Below are positions 14,970 to 24,803 of a stretch of 24,930 nucleotides of DNA, one piece after another. Numbering within the stretch: position 1 is the first letter of the stretch; every line of letters starts with the position of its first letter. The translations under genes were made by a program, and so were the position numbers. This stretch comes from Cyanobacteriota bacterium. GTDB lineage: Bacteria; Cyanobacteriota; Cyanobacteriia; Cyanobacteriales; Nostocaceae. The DNA lies in contig JBJOKS010000045.1 in the NCBI GenBank assembly GCA_046045965.1, forward strand, positions 1 through 24,930, read 5' to 3'. The notes beneath the pieces are model-generated. The model had not been told where the DNA came from, did no database searches, and was given only the letters and a program-made list of their open reading frames with translations.

Positions 14970-17324
14970 ATGTCTCTGCGTGAATACAAACCCGGAACTA
15001 CCTTCCCCGGTGTCATCGGTCGGACAGTTGATAAATCCAGTCCAGCTTGGCCAGAACCTTTACGGGCAAAAGAAGGTACAGCAAACGTCCTATTTATCGT
15101 TTTCGATGATACAGGATTTGGACAATTTGGATGTTACGGAAGTCCCATCAAAACACCCAACCTAGACGCACTAGCCGCTAATGGTTTACGCTACAACAAC
15201 TTACATACAACGGCACTGTGTTCTCCTACCCGTTCTTGTCTGCTGACTGGACGCAATCACCATTCTAACGCCATGTCCTGCATTACAGAAGGGTCTACGG
15301 GTTATCCCGGAGGTAATGGGAATATTCCCTTTGAAAATGGGTTTCTCTCAGAGATATTACTCCAGAAGGGTTATAACACTTATGCGATCGGCAAATGGCA
15401 TTTAACCCCCTCAGACCAACTTTCAGCCGCTGGACCCTATGATCGTTGGCCTCTCGGTCGCGGTTTTGAACGTTTTTATGGTTTTCTAGGTGGAGAAACC
15501 CACCAGTATTATCCAGATTTGGTTTATGATAACCACACCGTCAAGCCGGAAAAGACCCCCGCAGAAGGCTACCATTTAACGGAAGATTTAGCAGACAAAG
15601 CCATTAGCTTTATCGCTGATGCCAAGCAGGTTGCCCCAAATAAGCCTTTCTTCATGTATTTCTGCCCTGGTGCGATGCACGCCCCTCATCATGTCCCCAA
15701 AGAATGGGCTGATGCCTACGCTGGACAGTTTGATGATGGTTGGGAAGCTTACAGGGAAAAGGTTTTTGCCCGTCAGCAGGAAATGGGGATTGTTCCCGCA
15801 GATGCCGAACTTTCTCGCCATGATCCCGATGTCCCTCACTGGGATTCCCTCTCTGCTGCCGAAAAACAGCTTTATGCCCGGATGATGGAAGTATATGCTG
15901 GGTTTTTAACCCATACTGACTACCATATCGGTCGTTTACTCGATTTCCTCAAATCTATCGGTGAGTTCGAGAAGACTGTCATTATGGTGATTTCGGACAA
16001 TGGGGCAAGTTCGGAGGGGGGACCGACTGGTTCAGTAAATGAGAACCTGTTTTTTAACAATGTTCCAGAATCCCTAGAGGAAAATCTCAAAGCATTGGAT
16101 AAACTAGGCAGTGCCGAAACCTTTAACCATTATGCTTGGGGCTGGACTTGGGCAGGGAATACGCCTTTTAGGCGGTGGAAACGGGAAACTTATCGCGGGG
16201 GAATCAGCGACCCTTTAATTGTGCATTGGAGTCAAGGCATTGAAGCAAAAGGAGAAATTCGGACTCAGTACGCTCATGCTATTGACCTTGTGCCGACGGT
16301 GCTGGAATTACTGGAAATTGCCCCACCGACAACGATTAAGGGTGTGACTCAATCTGCCATTGAAGGTGTCAGTTTTGCCCATACTTTTAATCATAGTACC
16401 GCACCTACTAAGCATCTTACCCAGTATTTCGAGATGATGGGACATCGTTCTCTTTACTATGATGGTTGGCGGGCGGTATGTCCTTGGCCGGGTCCGTCAT
16501 TTACAGAAGCGGGGCGGTTTTTTGGTGAGGCGATTTCGGCAGAAACTCTGACGGATTTGGATACTCATCATTGGGAACTGTATCACGTTGCCTCGGATTT
16601 TGCGGAAAATCACAATATTGCGGCTGATAATCGCCCTAAGTTGATTGAGATGATTGCTACTTGGTATGTGGAGGCTGGTAAGTATAATGTATTGCCTGTG
16701 GATGGACGTGGTACGCAACGACTGGCGGAAGAACGCCCGCAAATTGCTGTCAATCGTAGCCGCTATGTTTACTATCCTGATACTCAGGCAATTCCCGCCG
16801 GTAGTGCGGTGAGGGTGTTAAATCGTCCCCACAGTATTACGGCTGATGTGGAGATTCCCACAGGTGGCGCAGAAGGGATATTACTGGCTCATGGGGGTAA
16901 TGATAGTGGCTATTCTTTCTATGTCCAAAATGGCAAACTGCACTGGGTTCATAATTATGTGGGGCGATCATTGTATCATGTTGAATCTGGGTCATCTGTG
17001 CCGGCAGGTCGTCACCAGTTGCGGTTTGAGTTTAAAGTCACGGGTCAACCAGATTTAGCGAAGGGGAAAGGAACGCCAGGACGCGCCCAACTTTATATTG
17101 ATGAGAGATTGGTCGGGCAGATTGATGTGCCTGTAACTACTCCCTTAGCACTAGGTTTGACTAGTGGTGTCACCTGTGGAATTGCTCCTGGTGCGCCTGT
17201 TACACCCGATTATGAGCCGCCTTTTAAGTTTACAGGGAAGATTTACTGTGTGATTGTTGATGTGAGTGGCGATTTGATTCAAGATCGGGAAGCTGAAATG
17301 CGAACTATTATGGCGCGACAGTAG
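14970..17324 (+). CDS. arylsulfatase (Cys-type, large family with C-terminal beta domain)
   Basis: FDDTGFG, CSPTRSCLLTGR (CxPxR), GKWHL, SDNG; ATG 14970 preferred over TTG 14934. Confidence 0.93.
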   Translation: MSLREYKPGTTFPGVIGRTVDKSSPAWPEPLRAKEGTANVLFIVFDDTGFGQFGCYGSPIKTPNLDALAANGLRYNNLHTTALCSPTRSCLLTGRNHHSNAMSCITEGSTGYPGGNGNIPFENGFLSEILLQKGYNTYAIGKWHLTPSDQLSAAGPYDRWPLGRGFERFYGFLGGETHQYYPDLVYDNHTVKPEKTPAEGYHLTEDLADKAISFIADAKQVAPNKPFFMYFCPGAMHAPHHVPKEWADAYAGQFDDGWEAYREKVFARQQEMGIVPADAELSRHDPDVPHWDSLSAAEKQLYARMMEVYAGFLTHTDYHIGRLLDFLKSIGEFEKTVIMVISDNGASSEGGPTGSVNENLFFNNVPESLEENLKALDKLGSAETFNHYAWGWTWAGNTPFRRWKRETYRGGISDPLIVHWSQGIEAKGEIRTQYAHAIDLVPTVLELLEIAPPTTIKGVTQSAIEGVSFAHTFNHSTAPTKHLTQYFEMMGHRSLYYDGWRAVCPWPGPSFTEAGRFFGEAISAETLTDLDTHHWELYHVASDFAENHNIAADNRPKLIEMIATWYVEAGKYNVLPVDGRGTQRLAEERPQIAVNRSRYVYYPDTQAIPAGSAVRVLNRPHSITADVEIPTGGAEGILLAHGGNDSGYSFYVQNGKLHWVHNYVGRSLYHVESGSSVPAGRHQLRFEFKVTGQPDLAKGKGTPGRAQLYIDERLVGQIDVPVTTPLALGLTSGVTCGIAPGAPVTPDYEPPFKFTGKIYCVIVDVSGDLIQDREAEMRTIMARQ

Positions 17325-17341
17325 GGATAAATATTTCCCAG

Positions 17342-17361
17342 GGTGGGTGATCTAACCCACC
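17342..17361 (+). terminator. hairpin downstream of the sulfatase
   Basis: GGTGGGT-gatcta-ACCCACC; no good U-tract. Confidence 0.35.
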
Positions 17362-17398
17362 ATTAATCAAGTTATTCATATTTACCTAAAATATTAAA

Positions 17399-17615
17399 TA
17401 GGGCTTGCTGAATAAACCCAAAAGCCTGATAAATCAAAGGTTGGAGGCTCATAAAAAAGACAGTAGGTGCTTTTGTTATAGCCTCTTGAGTCTGAAAAAC
17501 CTTGCACTTTTATGGGCAACCAGAGATGAAAAAATGTTTTTAATTCTCCTCCTGACTCCTGACTTCTGACTCCTGACTCCTAGCCCTAACAACAAGACTT
17601 TTTCAGCAAACCCTA
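17399..17615. mobile_element. MITE with GGGCTTGCTGAA/TTCAGCAAACCC ends and internal heptamer STRR
   Basis: TAGGGCTTGCTGAATAA ... TTTTCAGCAAACCCTA; (CTCCTGA)x4 with one variant at 17549-17581. Confidence 0.7.
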
Positions 17616-17819
17616 AATATCGTCTTCACTGAGGTTAGCCACTTTTAGAAAATGCCGTAACAGTCCAGGTTTTAGTGATTGATTTCCATGAATAGGAACA
17701 GAAATTCTGGCTGGATTATCGGATTTACCGTAGATATGATGACTACCATTAATGCGGAGAAGTTGCCATCCGTGAGACTCTAATACTTTAGCAAAATTTT
17801 TCCCTGAAATTGATTTCAT
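17613..17819 (-). CDS. hicA: HicA-family toxin
   Basis: LESHGWQLLRINGSHHIY..ISVPIHGNQSLKPGLL. Confidence 0.92.
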   Translation of the reverse strand: MKSISGKNFAKVLESHGWQLLRINGSHHIYGKSDNPARISVPIHGNQSLKPGLLRHFLKVANLSEDDI

Positions 17820-18016
17820 ACGGCAATTTCTAATATTTGAGCAGATTCATCAAGCTCTAATGAATCAACATCAACAAGTAGGCAACCTTCAACGGCTTCA
17901 TATATATTTTGTAGTAATTCTTCAAAAGTGTCGCCCTGGGTGGCACAACCTGGGATAGCAGGAACTTCTGCCCAGTAACCTGCTTCTTCTTTGTGAATAA
18001 TGACTTTGATTTTCAT
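17816..18016 (-). CDS. hicB: HicB-family antitoxin (short form)
   Basis: YWAEVPAIPGCATQGDTFEELLQNIYEAVEGCL; ATGA overlap with hicA. Confidence 0.92.
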   Translation of the reverse strand: MKIKVIIHKEEAGYWAEVPAIPGCATQGDTFEELLQNIYEAVEGCLLVDVDSLELDESAQILEIAV

Positions 18017-18227
18017 GGGTTGAAGTTCAAGTTTTCCAGTAGGGGATGATTAAAAACAATTATATCTTAATAATAGCCTCTGGTTTGTTGGTGAGACCTA
18101 ATTATAAAGCTTCGCTATAAAATTTTATTATAAAAATAAAATTATTCGTGTGAAGTTGCTGTTAATAAATCTCGATAAGGGTAGGTGGATTTTACTTTCT
18201 ATTCTATTTGATCTTTAATACTCATGA

Positions 18228-18818
18228 TTAATACTTTCTGATTGAATTGTTAATTGTCTGTTGTGCAAGTTGAATCCCAGCAAAATCAAGCCTAGCATAA
18301 CGATTGGCTGTACTCCAATCATACTCAGTTACATTCAGATCCCAACCGTTTGGCATAGATGTTTTAAGACCAAATCCTCCACCAGCAATACTTCTATCAA
18401 GAATATTTTTTTCATCTTTACTAATGAAAACTATCTCAACAAGGTGACTGAGCATACTAGCAATTTGTTCATTGCTGGCACCCTTGTTTAACATATTAAA
18501 AGTTATCGACTTCACCAGCGATGTAGGTACTATATGTTCACCGTGAGTTGAACCTTTACTGTCCCGAAGGTAAAGATTATCAGGTTTCCCTTCTACAATC
18601 AACCAAGCTGCTTCAGAAAATTTGCAAAATTGTCTCGCTTCGCGTAAATAGCAGACATTTTTACCTTCTATTTCTGTAAAGTATGCAAGTTCATCAAATA
18701 TATTTCTGCAACGATATTCCCAACCATGACAGAACTTTCCTGGTGCAGTGAAGACTGAAATATCATAAAGAATACGTATAATTTTAGCTGTAGCAAGTGC
18801 AAAATTTTGATTTGACAT
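18228..18818 (-). CDS. hypothetical protein with possible His-Me finger (HNH-like) motif
   Basis: 196-aa ORF; HGEHIVP...ISKDEKNILD...MPNGW...RYARLDFAGI. Confidence 0.7.
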   Translation of the reverse strand: MSNQNFALATAKIIRILYDISVFTAPGKFCHGWEYRCRNIFDELAYFTEIEGKNVCYLREARQFCKFSEAAWLIVEGKPDNLYLRDSKGSTHGEHIVPTSLVKSITFNMLNKGASNEQIASMLSHLVEIVFISKDEKNILDRSIAGGGFGLKTSMPNGWDLNVTEYDWSTANRYARLDFAGIQLAQQTINNSIRKY

Positions 18819-18999
18819 TGTTTATTCTAGAAACCTCTGTAAATTTACAAACAATAAAAGTAGATTATAGCAATAGGGAGCAAACAACCCAGAGAAAGCA
18901 GGGACAAAATAAATACCACCCTTATCTAGTATAACCACATTATTCAAACCCCCCCCAATGTTATAAAATATATAAAAGCTAACCCCTCACTCTATACTC

Positions 19000-19113
19000 A
19001 TGAGTCTCCATCCCCTTTTAAAATTTGACATTTCTGAACTCAGCATTGCAGAACGTATCCAACTTACTGAAGATTTATGGGACAGCATCTTAGAACAGCA
19101 AGAAGAACATTAA
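19000..19113 (+). pseudogene. truncated addiction-module antitoxin component
   Basis: MSLHPLLKFDISELSIAERIQLTEDLWDSILEQQEEH*; the LS..ERIQL..DLWDSI motif is present, the C-terminal half and a partner toxin are absent. Confidence 0.7.
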
Positions 19114-19399
19114 CCGCTAAAGAATTTATTAGCTGGACAAGAAACCGAGATCCCAGAAGTATAGGGTGGGAATACCACCCAGAAGATGATTTATATCATC
19201 CTCTGCAACAATAATTAGCGTTTAATTAAATTCTGTTAGCGTTAAAAATTGTCGTCTAAATATCGTTGTTTGGAAACAGAAGTTTTTAATACTCATCTTC
19301 TATAAGTATACAAACTGTAATTTTTGGTTGTTATATTCTCACCAAATTCATGTATCCTAAATATTAAAGTTTATCTCCATAAATGATGAGAACAAAGCT

Positions 19400-22300
19400 A
19401 TGAAAATCCTTCATGGCACTTGGATACCTAACACAGAAACCAACTTTATTCAGTCAGGTTCATTTTATCTGTGGGTAGAAACGCCTGTACTAAAAAACAA
19501 ACGCAATTCTAAACAACAAATTCATCCTGGACATCTCTCCAAAGATGAATTATTGCAATTTTTAGTTCAGGAATTAGGAATTAAAGAACCATTACCCATA
19601 TTAAAGGAACGCATATCTGCTAAATATTTTGCGCTGCCAACCGCCGATAATCAACCTTTACCCTCACCAGAATTAATTAAATATCTAGAAATAGAAACAC
19701 CGGAAGAATACACAGAATTTCAATATTGGCAAGTAGATTGTTATGAAACTTTAACTTCTATTAAAAGTAATACGCCAGCAATTAATATTATCAAACTACT
19801 CAACGATATTCATTTTTTAGCCATCAATAACCTGAGCGAAATTCAACTCGGTTCAGATTTATTATTTTGGTATCACTATACGCAATCATTTAAGCAAATA
19901 ATTCTCAAAGACCAATATATCCCCACTCTCAAATATCGCCAATTAGAATCTGCTCAAACCAAAAGTAAAACTAAAACTAAAAAACCCATTCCAACTGCAT
20001 TTGAAATTTACGCTGGGTGGGAAATTATTTCTGAACAGTATGAAGCTAATATTCAGAAATATATTGAATATATGCCCTTGATTTGTGTGGCAGGTTCAAC
20101 TGGAAAAAATGAAAATATTGATTTTTTTGATGAAGAAACCCTATTACGCCACTTTTCTGAATCTATTCTCAATAACATAGTTAATCATACACCCTCAACC
20201 GTTGCCTTTGATAAACAAATTGCAGATTCCTTAGTTTACTATTGTTTTTATTCGCAACAGCATAATCCCTGCACAAAGAATGTAACCTTAGAAGAATACA
20301 AACAATGGCAGACATGGAAAAGTAAAATTACTCGCTCCCAATCAGAATTACCTTTTTATCTGTGTTTTCAACTCAATTCCCCTCCTGCTGAACAAATAGA
20401 TAACTGGGAAATGCAGTTTTTGGTTTCTAGTAAACAAGACCCTTCCCTGAAGTTAGCTTTGGCAGATTATTGGCCAATGAGTCCAAAAACAAAAACAGGT
20501 GTACAAAAGCAGTATGGTGAAAACTTTGAAACTAATTTGTTGTTGAATTTAGGATATGCAGCACGGATGTATCCTCAATTATGGCAAGGATTAGAAACAG
20601 ATACTCCTATAGGAATGCAACTTTCATTAGAATCAGCATTTGCATTTTTACAAGAAAGTGCTTGGGTGTTAGAAGATGCAGGTTTTAAAGTAATTGTCCC
20701 TGCTTGGTATACTCCTGCTGGTCGTCGTCGTGCTAAATTGCGACTCAAAGCTTCTGGTAACAATCGTTCTGCAACTAAAGGAGAAAACAAAAGTTATTTT
20801 GGTTTAAATTCTTTGGTGCAGTATGAATATGAATTAGCAATTGGTGAGGAAGTTGTTACTAAACAAGAATGGGAACAATTAATTAATGCTAAAGCTCCCT
20901 TAGTACATTTTCGCGGTCAATGGATGGAATTAGACCGAGATAAAATGCAGCAGTTACTAGAATTTTGGCAATCTCATGGTGAGGAAAAACCAGAGATGTC
21001 TGTCTTGGAATTTCTGCAACGTAATGCTGAATCTGGGGAAGATTGGGATATTGAACATGATGAAATTTTGTCAGATATGATGGCGAAATTACAAGATAAA
21101 AGTAGATTAGAACCAATTTCTGACCAATTAAATCTGCAAGGTAATCTGCGAGAATATCAAAAGCGTGGTGTTGCTTGGTTAGAATATTTGGAACGGTTGG
21201 GTTTAAATGGCTGTTTAGCAGACGATATGGGTTTAGGTAAGTCGGTACAGGTAATTGCTAGACTTGTCCAGGAGAGAGAGTTGCTTCCTGTTGAGGGGGA
21301 AATAGGGAAATCGGAAGATGAGAAAAACAAAAAATCTCAAGAAGACAGAGGAAATAAGAGAAACAAGAAGGATAAAGAAGATAGAGGAAATGGGAGAGAT
21401 GGAGAGAATGTCAACCGTTCTCAAAAATCTGTGTTACCAACATTATTAATTGCACCTACATCTGTGGTTGGTAACTGGCAAAAGGAAATTGCTAAATTTG
21501 CACCTCATCTTCAAAGTATGGTACATCATGGGAGCGATCGCCTACAAACTGTTCCCGAATTCAAAACCGCTTGTCAACAACATGATGTCATCATTACCTC
21601 TTTTACTTTAGCACGCAAAGATGAAAAACTCCTGCAAAGTATCGAGTGGCAAAGAATTGTTTTAGATGAAGCACAAAATATCAAAAATCCTAAAGCTGCA
21701 CAAACCAAAGCTATTCTCAAACTTGCAGCTAAACACCGACTAGCTTTAACAGGAACTCCTGTAGAAAACCGTTTGTTAGATTTATGGTCAATTTTTAATT
21801 TTTTGAATCCTGGTTACTTAGGTAAAGAAGCACAGTTTCGCAAATCTTTTGAAGTCCCCATTCAAAAAGATAACGATAGAATCAAATCTAGCACTCTCAA
21901 AAAATTAGTTGAACCTTTAATTTTACGTCGAGTCAAAACCGACAAATCTATTATTAACGATTTACCAGATAAAGTTGAACAAAAACTTTACACTAATTTG
22001 ACTAAAGAACAAGCATCTTTATATGAAGTAGTCGTTAAAGATGTAGAAGAGAAATTACAAACAGCCGAAGGAATTCAACGCAAAGGTTTAATCCTTGCAA
22101 CTTTGATGAAATTAAAGCAAATTTGTAATCATCCTGCTCAATTTTTACAAGATAACAGCGAATTTTCTACCGAACGTTCTCACAAACTCAGTCGCTTAGT
22201 AGAAATGGTAGATGAAGCTGTTTCTGAAGGTGAAAGTTTGCTAATATTTAGTCAATTTACAGAAGTATGTGAACAAATTGAGAAACACATTAAACACAAT

Positions 22301-22720
22301 TTACATTGTAACACTTACTATCTGCATGGTGGCACAAGTCGCCAACGCCGGGAACAGATGATTACTGAATTTCAAGACCCGGATACAGAAGCATCTGTGT
22401 TTATTTTATCATTAAAAGCAGGTGGTGTAGGGATTACTTTAACTAAAGCTAATCACGTTTTTCATTTTGATAGATGGTGGAATCCAGCAGTTGAAAATCA
22501 AGCCACAGATAGAGCTTTTCGGATTGGACAGCAAAAGAATGTGTTTGTCCATAAATTTGTGGCGATTGGTACTTTAGAAGAGAAAATTGACCAAATGATA
22601 GAAGATAAGAAAAAACTGTCTGCATCTGTGGTTGGCAATGATGAATCTTGGTTAACGGAGTTAGATAATGAGGCATTTAAACAATTAATTGCTTTAAATA
22701 AAAGTGCAATTTTGGAGTAA
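19400..22720 (+). CDS. SNF2-family DEAD/DEAH helicase
   Basis: LREYQ, LADDMGLGKS, LDEAQNIKN, ALTGTPVEN, SLKAGGVG, WWNPAVENQATDRAFRIGQ. Confidence 0.95.
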   Translation: MKILHGTWIPNTETNFIQSGSFYLWVETPVLKNKRNSKQQIHPGHLSKDELLQFLVQELGIKEPLPILKERISAKYFALPTADNQPLPSPELIKYLEIETPEEYTEFQYWQVDCYETLTSIKSNTPAINIIKLLNDIHFLAINNLSEIQLGSDLLFWYHYTQSFKQIILKDQYIPTLKYRQLESAQTKSKTKTKKPIPTAFEIYAGWEIISEQYEANIQKYIEYMPLICVAGSTGKNENIDFFDEETLLRHFSESILNNIVNHTPSTVAFDKQIADSLVYYCFYSQQHNPCTKNVTLEEYKQWQTWKSKITRSQSELPFYLCFQLNSPPAEQIDNWEMQFLVSSKQDPSLKLALADYWPMSPKTKTGVQKQYGENFETNLLLNLGYAARMYPQLWQGLETDTPIGMQLSLESAFAFLQESAWVLEDAGFKVIVPAWYTPAGRRRAKLRLKASGNNRSATKGENKSYFGLNSLVQYEYELAIGEEVVTKQEWEQLINAKAPLVHFRGQWMELDRDKMQQLLEFWQSHGEEKPEMSVLEFLQRNAESGEDWDIEHDEILSDMMAKLQDKSRLEPISDQLNLQGNLREYQKRGVAWLEYLERLGLNGCLADDMGLGKSVQVIARLVQERELLPVEGEIGKSEDEKNKKSQEDRGNKRNKKDKEDRGNGRDGENVNRSQKSVLPTLLIAPTSVVGNWQKEIAKFAPHLQSMVHHGSDRLQTVPEFKTACQQHDVIITSFTLARKDEKLLQSIEWQRIVLDEAQNIKNPKAAQTKAILKLAAKHRLALTGTPVENRLLDLWSIFNFLNPGYLGKEAQFRKSFEVPIQKDNDRIKSSTLKKLVEPLILRRVKTDKSIINDLPDKVEQKLYTNLTKEQASLYEVVVKDVEEKLQTAEGIQRKGLILATLMKLKQICNHPAQFLQDNSEFSTERSHKLSRLVEMVDEAVSEGESLLIFSQFTEVCEQIEKHIKHNLHCNTYYLHGGTSRQRREQMITEFQDPDTEASVFILSLKAGGVGITLTKANHVFHFDRWWNPAVENQATDRAFRIGQQKNVFVHKFVAIGTLEEKIDQMIEDKKKLSASVVGNDESWLTELDNEAFKQLIALNKSAILE

Positions 22721-22836
22721 AATAAGTAGTGGTAAATAAATTGTATATTTAGGAGAGGGAACAGGAAACAGACAAAGAATACAGAGATTTTTGTTTGTTC
22801 TAAAAATGTTAAATTAATTTTATTCAGGTACTTATT

Positions 22837-23676
22837 ATGGCTAAATTCAGTCGGACATGGTGGGGCGATCGCTTTATTCAAGCATTAGAAAATTTTACTG
22901 ATGATAGTCGGTTGCAAAGAGGTCGTTCCTATGCCAATAATGGTAAAGTTTTAAATTTTGAAATTGAACAAAATCATATCACTGCCAGAGTCAAAGGTTC
23001 AATTAATCCTTACTTTGGCGTGTATAAAGAACCAACTTACAATATTTCTATTGAAATTAAAGCGATCGCTAAAAGTAGTTGGAATGAAGCTATTGATAAG
23101 CTATCATCTAAAGCTAGTATTGTTTCTAGGTTATTACTGAATGAAGTTCCAGAAAATATAGAAGATACATTTCAGGAATTGGGATTACACTTATTACCTC
23201 ATAGTAGTAAGGATTTTAAAACTAAATGTTCTTGTCCAGATTATGCTAATCCCTGTAAACACATTGCCGGAGTTTATTATTTAGTTGCTTCCCAATTGGA
23301 TAATAATCCATTTCTGTTATTTGAACTGCGGGGATTATCAAAGGACGAACTTCAGACTAAACTAGCTAATTCTAACTTAGGTAAAGCACTAGCACAGGAA
23401 TTGAATACCCAAGAAATTAGTTTAGAGTCTTCTACTTCGTTCTATACCAAGCTAGAAAAACAATCTGTTAGTGAAAAGCCAAGTGTGCGGGAATTTTGGT
23501 TAGGGAAAAAGCGTTTACCGCAAACTATAGAAGTACCTAGTTCTAGTGGTGTTTCCGCAATTCTTGTTAAGAAACAAGGAGATTTTCCGGCTTTTTGGCA
23601 TAAAGATAATTCGTTTATTGAAACAATGGAGGAATTTTATCAACGGGTAAAAACGAAAAATCAAAGTTTAATTTAA
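22837..23676 (+). CDS. SWIM zinc finger protein
   Basis: RLQRGRSYA, CSCPDYANPCKHIAGV, PFLLFELRG; usual partner of this SNF2 subfamily. Confidence 0.92.
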   Translation: MAKFSRTWWGDRFIQALENFTDDSRLQRGRSYANNGKVLNFEIEQNHITARVKGSINPYFGVYKEPTYNISIEIKAIAKSSWNEAIDKLSSKASIVSRLLLNEVPENIEDTFQELGLHLLPHSSKDFKTKCSCPDYANPCKHIAGVYYLVASQLDNNPFLLFELRGLSKDELQTKLANSNLGKALAQELNTQEISLESSTSFYTKLEKQSVSEKPSVREFWLGKKRLPQTIEVPSSSGVSAILVKKQGDFPAFWHKDNSFIETMEEFYQRVKTKNQSLI

Positions 23677-23818
23677 GGTATCTTCGGTACATAGTACGCT
23701 AAATCTAGTTGAATTTTAAAAACCTACAGTAGATTTGAGTTTGATGAGGTACAGTAAATGATTGAACTTTAAATTTTATAACTAATTTTGTAAGTATTCA
23801 GCTATCAACCGTCAGCAG

Positions 23819-24055
23819 TCAGCTAAAACTGCTTCTTGGACTAAGTTTAAAGGATTTTTGAGGGAGACTGATATCAAAATCAATTCCTAGTTTTCCACTT
23901 AAAATGCTCATAAATTCCAGGTTTGGCTGATTACTCTGTTCTAATTGATTTTTGGCTTTAAAGGCTTCGATTATAGTTTGCACTTGTTCAATTTGTTCTG
24001 GTGTTAATCCGGTGACATTAAGTGGTTGATTCATCATATCATTCGCTAGAATCAT
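23819..24055 (-). CDS. small hypothetical protein, possibly an orphan antitoxin-like gene
   Basis: 78-aa ORF with LNVTGLTPEQIEQVQTIIEAFK helix; true start may be a later Met. Confidence 0.4.
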   Translation of the reverse strand: MILANDMMNQPLNVTGLTPEQIEQVQTIIEAFKAKNQLEQSNQPNLEFMSILSGKLGIDFDISLPQKSFKLSPRSSFS

Positions 24056-24123
24056 GTTGTAGAAATTGGGAATTTAGCGTAAGCATTCAGCTAATGCCTC
24101 TAGCTTGCGTGACGACGTAGGAG

Positions 24124-24244
24124 TCATACGGACAGTGCAGTAATCCCACTATGACGAATGCGGTGTGGTGACATTAACTTTTTCACACCAGCAGCATCAA
24201 AATAATTGACAATGATTTTTCCAATACCATCCCCAGTCAAGCGA
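24124..24244 (-). pseudogene. tyrosine recombinase/integrase internal fragment
   Basis: RLTGDGIGKII..AGVKKLMSPHRIRHSGITA (HxxRH box); upstream codons of the listed ORF come from a MITE end. Confidence 0.75.
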
Positions 24245-24341
24245 AGCGATCCTACCCCAATCGTGAGAAAGTAAATAAAAATCTTTGTTTTATAAGCATT
24301 TGAGGCTGTTGAACGCTCACGGATCATTTAGGATTGCTATA
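24245..24341. mobile_element. degenerate TATAG...CTATA-family MITE
   Basis: Left AGCGATCCTACCCCAATCGTGAGAAA, right TCATTTAGGATTGCTATA; compare 323-505. Confidence 0.55.
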
Positions 24342-24356
24342 GGCGATCGCATGAAC

Positions 24357-24803
24357 TTAACGAGTAATACGCAGAATTTTATCCCTCTGTGGAGGACAAT
24401 TTCCCCTGCCATCACAGTTACTGGTGGTGACATATAATTCACCATCTGTCCCCATAATTGCTTCTCGCAGCCTACCATATTGACCTTGCAAATACACCTC
24501 ATGACGCTCAATTTTTTGGGGAGATTGGGGGTTGAAAACAACGCGCTGCAAGTGTTGAGAACGAAGAGTGGCAATTATTAAACTCCCTTTCCATTCAGGA
24601 AGAGAATTGCCTGTATAAATTACTGCACCACCAGGAGGTAAAGCTTCACGCCAAACAATTGAAGGAGTAACCATTCCTTTCTGTGATTCACAACGGTAGA
24701 TGGTAGGCCAGCCCAGGTTATCTCCTGCTTTTGCTAAACTGAGTTCATCGTGACCTCTTCTTCCCAAATCCCCACTAGGTCCGTGATCTGTCACCCATAG
24801 TGT
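24357..24803 (-). pseudogene. PQQ-dependent sugar (glucose/sorbosone) dehydrogenase, C-terminal fragment
   Basis: TLWVTDHGPSG, DEL..AGDNLGWP, GRLREAIMGTDGELYVTTSNCDGRG; in-frame TGA just upstream, N-terminal part missing. Confidence 0.8.

Noticed and set aside
17549..17581. Tandem heptamers as a mini-CRISPR or iterons
   Set aside because: No spacers; typical short tandem repeat of filamentous cyanobacteria
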